From Phycisphaerales bacterium (GTDB lineage Bacteria; Planctomycetota; Phycisphaerae; Phycisphaerales; UBA1924), in the NCBI GenBank assembly GCA_036751825.1, contig DAIOTV010000002.1, forward strand, positions 966 to 64,965: 64,000 bases of DNA, written 5' to 3'. The translations under genes were made by a program, and so were the position numbers. Positions 52,204 to 64,000 of the stretch are shown here, in pieces. Within the stretch, counting starts at the first letter, position 1. Each line of letters opens with the position of its first letter. The notes below the pieces were generated by a model. The model worked only from the letters and a program-made list of their open reading frames with translations, searched no databases and had not been told where the DNA came from.

Positions 52204-53178
52204 ATGAAGCATCTGCTTTCCACGGTCGTGTTGACGGCTCTGGCTGTCGCCTTTCCTGGTGCAGCTCGCGCATCCGATCCCGAACTGCTTGACCCTTCGC
52301 TGCCGGTCTACGAGCCATCGCAGGGCGTCGCGGGCTCTGTCAAGAGCGTCGGGTCGGACACCATGAACAACCTGATGACCTTCTGGGCCGAGATGCTGCA
52401 GAGGCACTATCCGGGCGTCTCCGTCGAGGTGACGGGCAAGGGATCGTCGACCGCGCCGCCGGCGCTTACCGAAGGCCAGGCGTCGTTCGGGCCCATGAGC
52501 CGCCTCATGAAGTCGAAGGAGATTGACGCTTTCGAGGAGCGGTGGGGCTACAAGCCGACGCTGCTGAAGACGGGAATCGACTGCCTGGCCGTGTATGTCC
52601 ACAAGGACTGCCCGCTCGACGTGATCACGCCCGAGCAGGTCCGGCTGGTGTTCTCCGTGGACGGGCCCGACACGACCTGGGGCGACCTGGGCGTCGAGGA
52701 CCCGGCGTACAAGTTCCAGCGCGTCGTGCTGTACGGCCGCAACTCGGCTTCGGGCACCTACGGGTACTTCAAGCAGCAGGCGCTCGGCGACGCCGACTTC
52801 AAGTCGAGTGTCAAGGAGCAGCCCGGCTCGTCGTCCGTGGTCCAGGCCGTGGGCACCGATCGCTTCGCCATGGGCTATTCCGGTCTCGGGTTCAAGACTC
52901 AGGAGGTCAAGGTCCTCTCGGTCCGCGACGAGTACGGCGAGGTCGTCGAGCCGAACACGGATTCGGCGTTTGACGGCAGCTACCCGTTCGCGAGGTTTCT
53001 GTACGTGTACGTTAATAAGGATCCGAACCGGCCCCTCGATCCGCTCCGGGAGGCGTTCGTCCGGCTGATCTTCTCGCGAGAAGGGCAGGAGGCCGTGCTG
53101 AAGGACGGCTATTTCCCAATCAACGCCACCATCGCGCGGCAGCAGCTAGAACAGCTCGGTCTTGAGGCAGGTTTCTGA
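52204..53178 (+). CDS. pstS: Phosphate ABC transporter substrate-binding protein (PstS family)
   Basis: Signal peptide MKHLLSTVVLTALAVAFPGAARA, plus GSDTM, GKGSSTAPPAL and SGTYGYF motifs. Confidence 0.9.
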   Translation: MKHLLSTVVLTALAVAFPGAARASDPELLDPSLPVYEPSQGVAGSVKSVGSDTMNNLMTFWAEMLQRHYPGVSVEVTGKGSSTAPPALTEGQASFGPMSRLMKSKEIDAFEERWGYKPTLLKTGIDCLAVYVHKDCPLDVITPEQVRLVFSVDGPDTTWGDLGVEDPAYKFQRVVLYGRNSASGTYGYFKQQALGDADFKSSVKEQPGSSSVVQAVGTDRFAMGYSGLGFKTQEVKVLSVRDEYGEVVEPNTDSAFDGSYPFARFLYVYVNKDPNRPLDPLREAFVRLIFSREGQEAVLKDGYFPINATIARQQLEQLGLEAGF

Positions 53179-53190
53179 ATCGAGGCCCGG

Positions 53191-55863
53191 TTGCCCACCA
53201 CGAGCAACGCTGAAGGCCCGTCTGGGGACGCGACCCCCGAGCGCTCGTTTCGAGGCTCGGCCCGGGTGCGCGCGACCGATCGCGCGGCGTCGATCATCAT
53301 CTCGGCGGGCGGCCTGAGTGTGATCGCCGCCGTGCTCGGCATCTGTTTCTATCTGCTCTACGTCACCGTTCCGCTGCTGACGCCCGGGCGAGCGGAGCTT
53401 GAGCGAGCCGTCCCCGCTCCGTTTGCGAGCGAGGCGGCGGGCGCGCTGCTCGACGAATACCTCCAGACCGCGGCGTGGATCGGCGGCGACGCCACCGTCG
53501 AGCACCGGGCCGTGGTCGGGGGCGAGCTGATCGCCTCGCATGCGTTCCCCGTCGACCGCGACGCCGGGGCGAACGGGGGCGGCTTCCGCCCGGTCGGCAC
53601 CGATCCGCTGTCAGGTGTTGTGATCGCTCAGTCTCCCGAGCGGCTGGCCTGGGCCTCCGCCGGCTTCCGCTACGCGATCGTTCAGGATGCCGGCGACGCC
53701 TCCCACGCCGAGTTGCTCGACGACGGTCGGTTCCGGTTGAGCGAAGTGCTGTATGGGCCGCTCGGCTCGGTCGAGCTCGGTGGACCCGTTGTCCACGCGG
53801 ATGTGTTGGATGATCGTCGCCGCGCGATCGTCGCGGCCGTCGATGTCGAGGGCAGGCTGCTGCTCTGGTCCGTGCGGAAGTCTCGGTCGCTGCTCGGCGA
53901 GGGCGATCGCGAAGCGCCCGAGTCGATCGATACGAGTGCGATCCCCGTGCTCGCCGACCCCGTGGCCGTGTGCCTGCTCGCGGACAACCAGTGCGTCGTC
54001 GTCTCCTCCGACGGCCAGTTTGTCCGCGCCGCGATCGGCCGCGGCGCGGCGACCCTGGCTGAGACAGGCCGGTTGTGGTCGGACACACCCACGGTCGCAG
54101 CGGTCACGAAGCTGATCGGCAGCCGAACGTTTGTCGCCGCGACGTCTGACGGCCGGATCGGTTCATGGTGGGTCGGCTTCGACCCGCTCAACGCCGAGGA
54201 CCCCGGCCGGCTGGTGTCGGGGCCTGCGCTTCGCGCGCTCGACGCGGGCGTGACGGCGATCACGCCGAGCCAGCGCGAGCGGATCATTCTGGTCGGGGAC
54301 ATCACGGGTGGGCTGCGGGCGCTGCACGCCTCGTCCGGCAAGGTCGTCGCGTCGGCAAGGCTCGACGGACCGGTGAGGGGCATCGCGTTGGCTCCGAAAG
54401 CCGACGGCTTCGTGGCCGTCACAGCCGCTGGGTACACGCTCGGTTCGGTCGAGTTCGGGCATCCCGATGTCACGCCGCGCAGCCTGCTGGCGCCGATGCT
54501 TTTCGAGGGCCAGTTCGAGCCGCAGTACGTGTACCAGGCGTCGGGCGCGACCGACGCCGCAGAGCCGAAGCTCAGCCTCGTGCCGCTGATTTTCGGGACG
54601 CTCAAGGCGACGGTTGTGTCGATGCTCTTCGCCGCGCCCATCGCGGTGCTCGCGGCCATCTACACGAGCGAGTTTCTCTCGAAGCGCGTTCGGCGCGTCA
54701 TCAAGCCTCTGATCGAAACGATGGCGTCGCTTCCGTCCGTCGTGCTCGGATTTGTCGCGGCGATGGTGATCGCGCCCTTTGTCGCGACCCATCTCTCGGT
54801 CGTGCTGGCCAGCCTGGTGGTCGTTCCGCTGCTGGTGCTGGTCGCGTCGGGCGTGGCCGGGCTGCGCGCCGGATCGGCGAGCGAGACGCACGGCAGCGTG
54901 ACGCTGCCCGTGTACGTTGTCGTGGTCGCCGTGCTGGGCGTGGTGCTTTCTGTCTCGCTCGCGGGCCCGCTTGAGCGGTCGCTGTTTGCGCCGTCGCGGG
55001 CGGATGTGCTGATGCTCGCCGGCTCGGTTGATCCATCGAGTACCGGGGGGGAAGCGGTGCCCGTCGAGCCGAGCACGCCAGAGGCCCGGGCGCGTGTTGA
55101 CCAGCTCGCGGCGGAGTTCGCGCGGCCTTCGGTGGGCATCAAGAGCTGGCTCGGCGACGTGTACGGCGGCGCAGCGGCCGGCTGGTTCGCGCTGCTGGCG
55201 CCCGGTGCGGCGGCCGCCTGTTCGCTCATCGTCTGGCCGCTGCTGATGCGTCGCGCGATTCGGCTTCGTGACGCGCGTTGGGAGCCTCTCGTGCGCGTCG
55301 CGGTGTCCTGCGTCATCGGCGTCGCGGCGGGGGGGGTGCTCGCCGTGGCGCTCGCGCAAGCGAATCTCGACCCGCGCGAGAGCATCCTCGGCCCGTTCAC
55401 GCAGCGGAACACGCTCGTCATCGGGATCGTGATGGGCTTCGCGATCATTCCGATCATCTACACGATCAGCGACGACGCGCTGCAGAGCGTGCCGGCGAGC
55501 CTTCGCGCCGCGTCGCTGGGGGCCGGCGCGACCCGGTGGCAGACCACGATGCGTATCGTGCTGCCCGTCGCCGCCAGCGGCATCTTCAGCGCATCGATGA
55601 TCGGGCTCGGCCGAGCCGTCGGCGAAACCATGATCGTGCTGATGGCCACGGGCAACACGCCGGTCATGGACTGGAACATCTTCGAAGGCCTGCGCACGCT
55701 GTCGGCCAACATCGCGGTCGAACTCCCCGAGGCCGAGCGGGGCGGCACGCACTACCGGCTGCTTTTCCTGTGCGGCGTGGTGCTGTTCCTCATGACCTTC
55801 GTCGTGAACACGACGGCGGAAATCGTCCGCCAGCGGTTCCGCAAGCGGAACGCGATGCTATGA
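53191..55863 (+). CDS. pstC: Phosphate ABC transporter permease PstC, long form with a periplasmic insertion of about 450 aa
   Basis: The C-terminal third matches PstC (EAA-loop region ASLGAGATRWQTTMRIVLP). TTG start inferred by the ORF track, so the start is uncertain. Confidence 0.85.
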   Translation: MPTTSNAEGPSGDATPERSFRGSARVRATDRAASIIISAGGLSVIAAVLGICFYLLYVTVPLLTPGRAELERAVPAPFASEAAGALLDEYLQTAAWIGGDATVEHRAVVGGELIASHAFPVDRDAGANGGGFRPVGTDPLSGVVIAQSPERLAWASAGFRYAIVQDAGDASHAELLDDGRFRLSEVLYGPLGSVELGGPVVHADVLDDRRRAIVAAVDVEGRLLLWSVRKSRSLLGEGDREAPESIDTSAIPVLADPVAVCLLADNQCVVVSSDGQFVRAAIGRGAATLAETGRLWSDTPTVAAVTKLIGSRTFVAATSDGRIGSWWVGFDPLNAEDPGRLVSGPALRALDAGVTAITPSQRERIILVGDITGGLRALHASSGKVVASARLDGPVRGIALAPKADGFVAVTAAGYTLGSVEFGHPDVTPRSLLAPMLFEGQFEPQYVYQASGATDAAEPKLSLVPLIFGTLKATVVSMLFAAPIAVLAAIYTSEFLSKRVRRVIKPLIETMASLPSVVLGFVAAMVIAPFVATHLSVVLASLVVVPLLVLVASGVAGLRAGSASETHGSVTLPVYVVVVAVLGVVLSVSLAGPLERSLFAPSRADVLMLAGSVDPSSTGGEAVPVEPSTPEARARVDQLAAEFARPSVGIKSWLGDVYGGAAAGWFALLAPGAAAACSLIVWPLLMRRAIRLRDARWEPLVRVAVSCVIGVAAGGVLAVALAQANLDPRESILGPFTQRNTLVIGIVMGFAIIPIIYTISDDALQSVPASLRAASLGAGATRWQTTMRIVLPVAASGIFSASMIGLGRAVGETMIVLMATGNTPVMDWNIFEGLRTLSANIAVELPEAERGGTHYRLLFLCGVVLFLMTFVVNTTAEIVRQRFRKRNAML

Positions 55864-57872
55864 GCGCCGGCCGACCTGCCGAACGGACGAGCCCGAATGC
55901 TCTCGGCGTGCTGCCCCAATGGCTCATGGCGTTCGCGCTGTCGATCTGTGCCGTCATGATCATCGGCCTGCTCGCGATGATCCTGGTCCAGGGGCTGGCC
56001 TCGTTCTGGCCGACACGGATCGAGTTGGTCACGCTGACCTCCGGGGAGGAGGTCCTCGGACTGCCGGTGCGCACCAAGGTCGACACAGACGGCGTGAGCC
56101 AAACGCTCTACCGCGTCGGCAACCGAGACCTGGGCCGGGCGCCGTTCCGCTGGATTCCCGAGGCCGACGTCGAGGCGGTCGAAACGCCCCCGGACGCGGT
56201 GCTGCTCGAACGCCGCGAGTGGGGCATCTTCATCGGGCGCCTTGCCCCCGACGCCGCGGCCGGCGTTCCGACCGATTGGGAGAGCTTTGTCGAGGCCGTC
56301 TCGGCCGGGAATGAGCGGCGCGAGGCGATGGAGGATCTGCGCGGCGGTCCGCTCGCGGAGGCGAACCGGCAGCTGCGCGAGAACCGGCAGGCCGCCGACG
56401 CGGCCGAGATCCGGCTCGCGGAGGGCGGCGGCAGCGGCGGCATGACGCGCGGCCTGTGGGCGGCGTGCCTGGTCGTCGGGGGGCTCACGCTGGCCGGCGG
56501 AGTGGGGCTTTCGGCAAGAAAGCGACGCGGCTTTATCGCGGTCGCGGCCGTCGGCGTCGTGCTCCTGCTCGCCGCGTGGCTCGAGCGCCCGACGCCGAGC
56601 GACGAGACGCTCCGGTCGTGGTACGAGCAGCGCGTGCAGCAGCTCGAAGCGGAACGCGTCCGCATCGAGCAGCGGTTCGAGGCAAACAATAGGCAGCTCC
56701 GGGAGCTCGAGGCCGAGGACGATCGGTTTCGGGTCGCCATCGTCTCCGACGGTGGCTCGCTCGCTCCCGAGTCGCAGAGCTCGCCCGACCGCCTGCTCAA
56801 GGCCTCGCAGGTCGTCCGCGCCATTCAGCCCAACGCGCTCGGCATCGGTGAGAAGCTCGGCGTGTTTGTGGCGCGCTGGCGTGACTACCTGCTGACGGAT
56901 CCCCGTGAGGCAAACACCGAGGGCGGGATCTTCCCGGTGATCGTCGGCACGGTCACGGTCACCCTGCTGCTGACGATCGTCGTCGTGCCGCTCGGCGTGC
57001 TCGCTGCGCTCTACATCCGGGAATACGCCAAGCAGGGCCTGCTCATCAGCATCCTGCGTGTGGCGATCAACAACCTGGCGGGGGTGCCCAGCATCGTCTA
57101 CGGCATCTTCGGCCTGGGGTTCTTCTGCTACGCGGTGGGTGGCTACATCGACGGTGGGCCGGAATCTGCGCTGACCCTCGGGCGGGCCGCCTGGTGGATC
57201 GTGCTGCTCGGCACGGCGTCGGCGATCGTGTCCGCCGTGCTGTTCCGCAAGCAGCTCCGCGTGGCCGGGCTCTTGTGGGCGGTGGGTGCGACGGCGATCG
57301 TGGTGCTGTTCGCGACGACGCCGTACTTCGATGGCTTCTTCCGAGTGAAGCTGCTTGACGGCGAGCCGACCTTCGGCTCGAGCGGGCTGCTCTGGGCGTC
57401 GCTGACCCTGGCGCTGCTGACGCTGCCCGTGGTGATCGTGTCGACGGAGGAGGCGATCGCCGCGGTGCCGCAGAGCCTGCGCGAGGCGAGCTACGGCTGC
57501 GGGGCCTCCCGCTGGCAGACCGTCTCGCGGGTGGTGCTCCCGGGGGCCATGCCCGGCGTGATGACGGGCACGATCCTGGCGATGGCCCGCGGGGCGGGCG
57601 AGGTCGCGCCGCTCATGGTCGTCGGGGCGGTCAAGCTCGCGCCCGAGTTGCCGGTGGCCCCGCGCTTCCCCTTCGTCTTTGCCGACCGCAGCTTCATGCA
57701 CATGGGCTTCCACATCTTCGACCTCGGCTTCCAGAGCCCGGACTCGGAGGCCGCCCGGGGCATGGTCTGGACGACCACGCTGCTGCTGATTGTTCTCGTG
57801 GTTACGATGAACCTTGTCGCGATTGCGCTGCGTGGGCGGCTGCGTCGCAGGCTCGGGGGCGGACACTTTTAG
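55860..57872 (+). CDS. pstA: Phosphate ABC transporter permease PstA, long form
   Basis: ATGA overlap with pstC. C-terminal PstA core ([19 protein letters not shown]). N-terminal extension with extra TMs and a coiled coil. Confidence 0.85.
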   Translation: MSAGRPAERTSPNALGVLPQWLMAFALSICAVMIIGLLAMILVQGLASFWPTRIELVTLTSGEEVLGLPVRTKVDTDGVSQTLYRVGNRDLGRAPFRWIPEADVEAVETPPDAVLLERREWGIFIGRLAPDAAAGVPTDWESFVEAVSAGNERREAMEDLRGGPLAEANRQLRENRQAADAAEIRLAEGGGSGGMTRGLWAACLVVGGLTLAGGVGLSARKRRGFIAVAAVGVVLLLAAWLERPTPSDETLRSWYEQRVQQLEAERVRIEQRFEANNRQLRELEAEDDRFRVAIVSDGGSLAPESQSSPDRLLKASQVVRAIQPNALGIGEKLGVFVARWRDYLLTDPREANTEGGIFPVIVGTVTVTLLLTIVVVPLGVLAALYIREYAKQGLLISILRVAINNLAGVPSIVYGIFGLGFFCYAVGGYIDGGPESALTLGRAAWWIVLLGTASAIVSAVLFRKQLRVAGLLWAVGATAIVVLFATTPYFDGFFRVKLLDGEPTFGSSGLLWASLTLALLTLPVVIVSTEEAIAAVPQSLREASYGCGASRWQTVSRVVLPGAMPGVMTGTILAMARGAGEVAPLMVVGAVKLAPELPVAPRFPFVFADRSFMHMGFHIFDLGFQSPDSEAARGMVWTTTLLLIVLVVTMNLVAIALRGRLRRRLGGGHF

Positions 57873-57874
57873 CG

Positions 57875-58756
<882 letters not shown>

Positions 58757-58895
58757 ATGCTTGAGGCGAGGCGGCTGATTCCGTTGATCTCCGGTCTCGT
58801 ATCAGCCGACTTCCGGGCTAGGATGCACGATTCCGGTCGGGGGACGTCGTCGGCCGGAGCGTCACGGAGCTGTTGCCCAGCGGCGAAGGACTGAC

Positions 58896-61721
<2,826 letters not shown>

Positions 61722-61736
61722 GACGGAGAACGCCGA

Positions 61737-63050
61737 ATGGCGACCGACATTGTGATCCCCACCATCGGCGAGTCCGTGACCGAGGGCGTGATCGCCGCGT
61801 GGCTCAAGCAGCCCGGTGACTGGGTCGAGCGCGACGAGACCGTGCTCGAACTCGAGACCGACAAGGTCACGATGGAGGTCCCGGCGCCGGCCGCCGGCGT
61901 GCTCGGCGAGCACTCGTTCGGCGCGGGCGACACCGTCGAAGTGGGGGCGGTCGTGTCAACAATCGACGAGTCGGCCACGAAGCCCGAGCCTGTCGCCGCC
62001 TCGGCGGAGTCGGGCAAGGCCGACGCCGGCCCCTCCCAATCCGACAAGCCGGCCCCGTCGGCTCCGCAGCCCTCCAAGTCCGAGGCCCCCAAGCCCGAGG
62101 CGCCGAAGCCGGGGCCTGCCACGCCGTCTCCCGCGCCGGCCCCGAGCAGCAACGGCACCGCGAACGCCACCCCCCTCGCCCGCAAGCTTGCCGACGACCA
62201 CGGCGTCGATCTGGGCCACGTGACCGGCACCGGAGCGCACGGCCGAATTCGCGAGCAAGATGTTCTGGCGTACGTTCAGGCCGGCGGCAACGGACGGGCA
62301 CCCGGCGGCGCGGCCGCCGCTCCGCAGCGGGGCAAGTCGGTCTCCCGCATGTCGCCGCTGCGCCAGCGCATCGCGTCGCGCCTCGTCGAGGCCCAGCAGA
62401 CCGCCGCGATGCTCACCACCTTCAACGAGTGCGACATGACCGAGGTCATGGAACTGCGCAAGAAGTACAAGGAACCCTTCGCCGAGAAGCACGGCATCAA
62501 CCTCGGCTTCATGTCCTTCTTCGTCAAGGCCGTCGTCCGCGGCCTGAAAGCCCAGCCGAACGTGAACTCGTACATCGTCGAAGACGACGAGGGCAAGCCC
62601 GCGATCCAGAGTCACGAGTACTGCGACATCGCCGTCGCCGTGGCCAGCCCCAAAGGTCTCGTTGTGCCGATTCTCCGCAATGCGGACACGCTCTCGTTCG
62701 CCGAGATCGAATCGGGCATCAAGGACCTCGCGGTTCGCGCCCGCGACGGCAAGATCACGCTGGAAGAAATGTCCGGCGGCACCTTCACGATCACGAACGG
62801 GGGCATTTTCGGCAGCCTGATGTCCACGCCCATCCTGAACCCGCCCCAGTCGGGCATCCTCGGCATGCACGCGATCAAGAACCGGGCGGTCGAAGACCCG
62901 CGGAACCCGGGCCAGGTCGCGCTCCGCCCGATGATGTACCTCGCGCTCAGCTACGACCACCGCATCGTTGACGGCGAGGGCGCCGTCAAGTTCCTGGTGG
63001 CGGTCAGGGAAGCGATCGAAGCGCCCGAGACGCTTCTGCTCGATCTCTAG
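61737..63050 (+). CDS. sucB: Dihydrolipoyllysine-residue succinyltransferase (E2o)
   Basis: Lipoyl domain [10 protein letters not shown], Pro/Ala linker, E3-binding PLARKLA and catalytic SYDHRIVDG. Confidence 0.95.
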   Translation: MATDIVIPTIGESVTEGVIAAWLKQPGDWVERDETVLELETDKVTMEVPAPAAGVLGEHSFGAGDTVEVGAVVSTIDESATKPEPVAASAESGKADAGPSQSDKPAPSAPQPSKSEAPKPEAPKPGPATPSPAPAPSSNGTANATPLARKLADDHGVDLGHVTGTGAHGRIREQDVLAYVQAGGNGRAPGGAAAAPQRGKSVSRMSPLRQRIASRLVEAQQTAAMLTTFNECDMTEVMELRKKYKEPFAEKHGINLGFMSFFVKAVVRGLKAQPNVNSYIVEDDEGKPAIQSHEYCDIAVAVASPKGLVVPILRNADTLSFAEIESGIKDLAVRARDGKITLEEMSGGTFTITNGGIFGSLMSTPILNPPQSGILGMHAIKNRAVEDPRNPGQVALRPMMYLALSYDHRIVDGEGAVKFLVAVREAIEAPETLLLDL

Positions 63051-63514
63051 CCGGCGAGCTCGTCGAGAAGACCCTCGCACGCGGCGCGCAGCATCGCGTA
63101 CACGGTGTCGAAGCCGTCGTCCCCGCCGTAGTACGGATCGGGCACGCTCTTCGCGTCGGCGTTCGGGTCAAGGTCCAGCATCAGCCGCACGCGGCCCGGG
63201 TCGAAGCCGAGATCGATGAGGTCGTCGCGGTTCTGCGAGTCCATCGCGAGCACGAGGTCCCATCGTTCGCTTTCTGACGCGTGCACCTGTCGCGCTCGCG
63301 AGGGCAGGTCCACGCCGTGCTTCCGCGCCACCGCGATCGACCGCGGATCGGCGGGGCTGCCGGCGTGCCAACCTCCGGTGCCTGCAGAGTCGACCACGAA
63401 TCGGTCCCGAATTCCTCGTTCATCGGCCAGATGAAGGAAAATCCCCTCCGCAAGCGGCGAGCGGCAGATGTTGCCGAGGCAGACAAACAGCAGGCTCGTT
63501 GGCCGCTCGCTCAC
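63047..63514 (-). CDS. Low-molecular-weight protein-tyrosine phosphatase
   Basis: CLGNICRSP (CX5RS P-loop) and DPYYG. GTG start at 63514 with GGGAG upstream. The rest of ORF 63047..63793 is rejected. Confidence 0.9.
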   Translation of the reverse strand: MSERPTSLLFVCLGNICRSPLAEGIFLHLADERGIRDRFVVDSAGTGGWHAGSPADPRSIAVARKHGVDLPSRARQVHASESERWDLVLAMDSQNRDDLIDLGFDPGRVRLMLDLDPNADAKSVPDPYYGGDDGFDTVYAMLRAACEGLLDELAG

Positions 63515-64000
63515 ACGCTCGCTCCCGCCCTCGCGCCCTGCACGATGGCCGTCGCGATCGACATCGGTGTTGCCGCGTCGGCGGCGTCGATGCGGATCGC
63601 GGCGGCGGAACGGCAGGCGGCGTCGATCGAGCCGCCCGGCGTGACGCCGAAGTCCACGATGATGTCGGCGCGTGTGATGTACGCCGGCGCGGGCCTGGGC
63701 AGCGCCTCCACGCTGACGATCCGATCGCTCGCGCACAGCCACCGTCGTGCGCGGGGCATCTCCGTGGCACCGAACGGAAGACCGATCAGGCAACGCCGGT
63801 CGGCTGCTGTGAGCAGCGCCGCGGCGGCAACGAGGCGAAAGGCATCGATCGCCCGGGGGTCGCTCGCGATCGGCAGCACAAAGGGGCGGGTCGTTGACAC
63901 GGGCCGCCCGGGGGCCGTCTTCGGGTCCAACCCGTGGCCGATCGACGCCGACAGCAGACCGGCGGTCCAGATCGACATCGGCACAAGGTCGCTTCTTTGG
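63511..64000 (-). CDS. Unidentified protein, probably N-terminally truncated by the window edge
   Basis: ORF 63511..63984, with the frame still open to 64000. Its stop overlaps the phosphatase GTG (GTGA). No family confidently recognised. Confidence 0.3.
   Translation of the reverse strand, partial: QRSDLVPMSIWTAGLLSASIGHGLDPKTAPGRPVSTTRPFVLPIASDPRAIDAFRLVAAAALLTAADRRCLIGLPFGATEMPRARRWLCASDRIVSVEALPRPAPAYITRADIIVDFGVTPGGSIDAACRSAAAIRIDAADAATPMSIATAIVQGARAGASV

Noticed and set aside
58770-58812. Inverted repeat CGGCTGAT...ATCAGCCG after pstB as a terminator
   Set aside because: The loop is 23 nt and no T-tract follows. It may still be structural, but I cannot support it as an intrinsic terminator.
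63515-63793. Longer form of the phosphatase ORF (63047..63793)
   Set aside because: The upstream 93 codons are Arg-rich and overlap the neighbouring ORF. The conserved LMW-PTP N-terminus begins right after the GTG at 63514, which has a GGGAG SD.

Overview
Visibly GC-rich chromosomal segment (GC not computed). I call about 58 protein genes and one tRNA-Pro(GGG). I saw no rRNA, CRISPR array, transposase or integrase. A DUF1559-type prepilin-like protein, Cys-bracketed dockerin-like C-terminal modules, RNase Y and frequent 1-4 nt start/stop overlaps suggest a Planctomycetota, Phycisphaerae-like organism (inference). Most of the window is housekeeping: purEK, gap, pyrC, serC, scpB, rny, pstSCAB, sucAB, a glutathione peroxidase, a PTPS/QueD-family protein, a GT9 glycosyltransferase and an LMW-PTP. 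Two regions stand out. (1) 6.7-19.1 kb is an alpha-glucan utilisation neighbourhood: GH13, a sugar-porter MFS, GH31 and a secreted GH13 amylase. The amylase, a large repeat protein and a decayed FG-GAP gene all end in the same Cys-bracketed DxNxDG...PADFNxWIxxFN module. Two of its promoter regions share the otherwise unique palindrome CTGTATACAG. (2) 23.5-36.2 kb is a 13-gene co-directional operon: histidine kinase, STAS, an MshE/GspE-like ATPase with a near-canonical MshEN c-di-GMP motif pair, GspF, split PilM/N/O, a GspB/MshK-like protein and five pseudopilins. It has no secretin and no prepilin peptidase in the window. A translationally coupled receiver plus GAF-HD-GYP pair converges on it, and a PilZ protein lies 5 kb further on. 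I consider this putatively c-di-GMP- and partner-switch-wired, secretin-less Msh/T2SS hybrid the best candidate for a poorly described system. Many very long alternative-frame ORFs in the track are GC-driven artefacts and were rejected.
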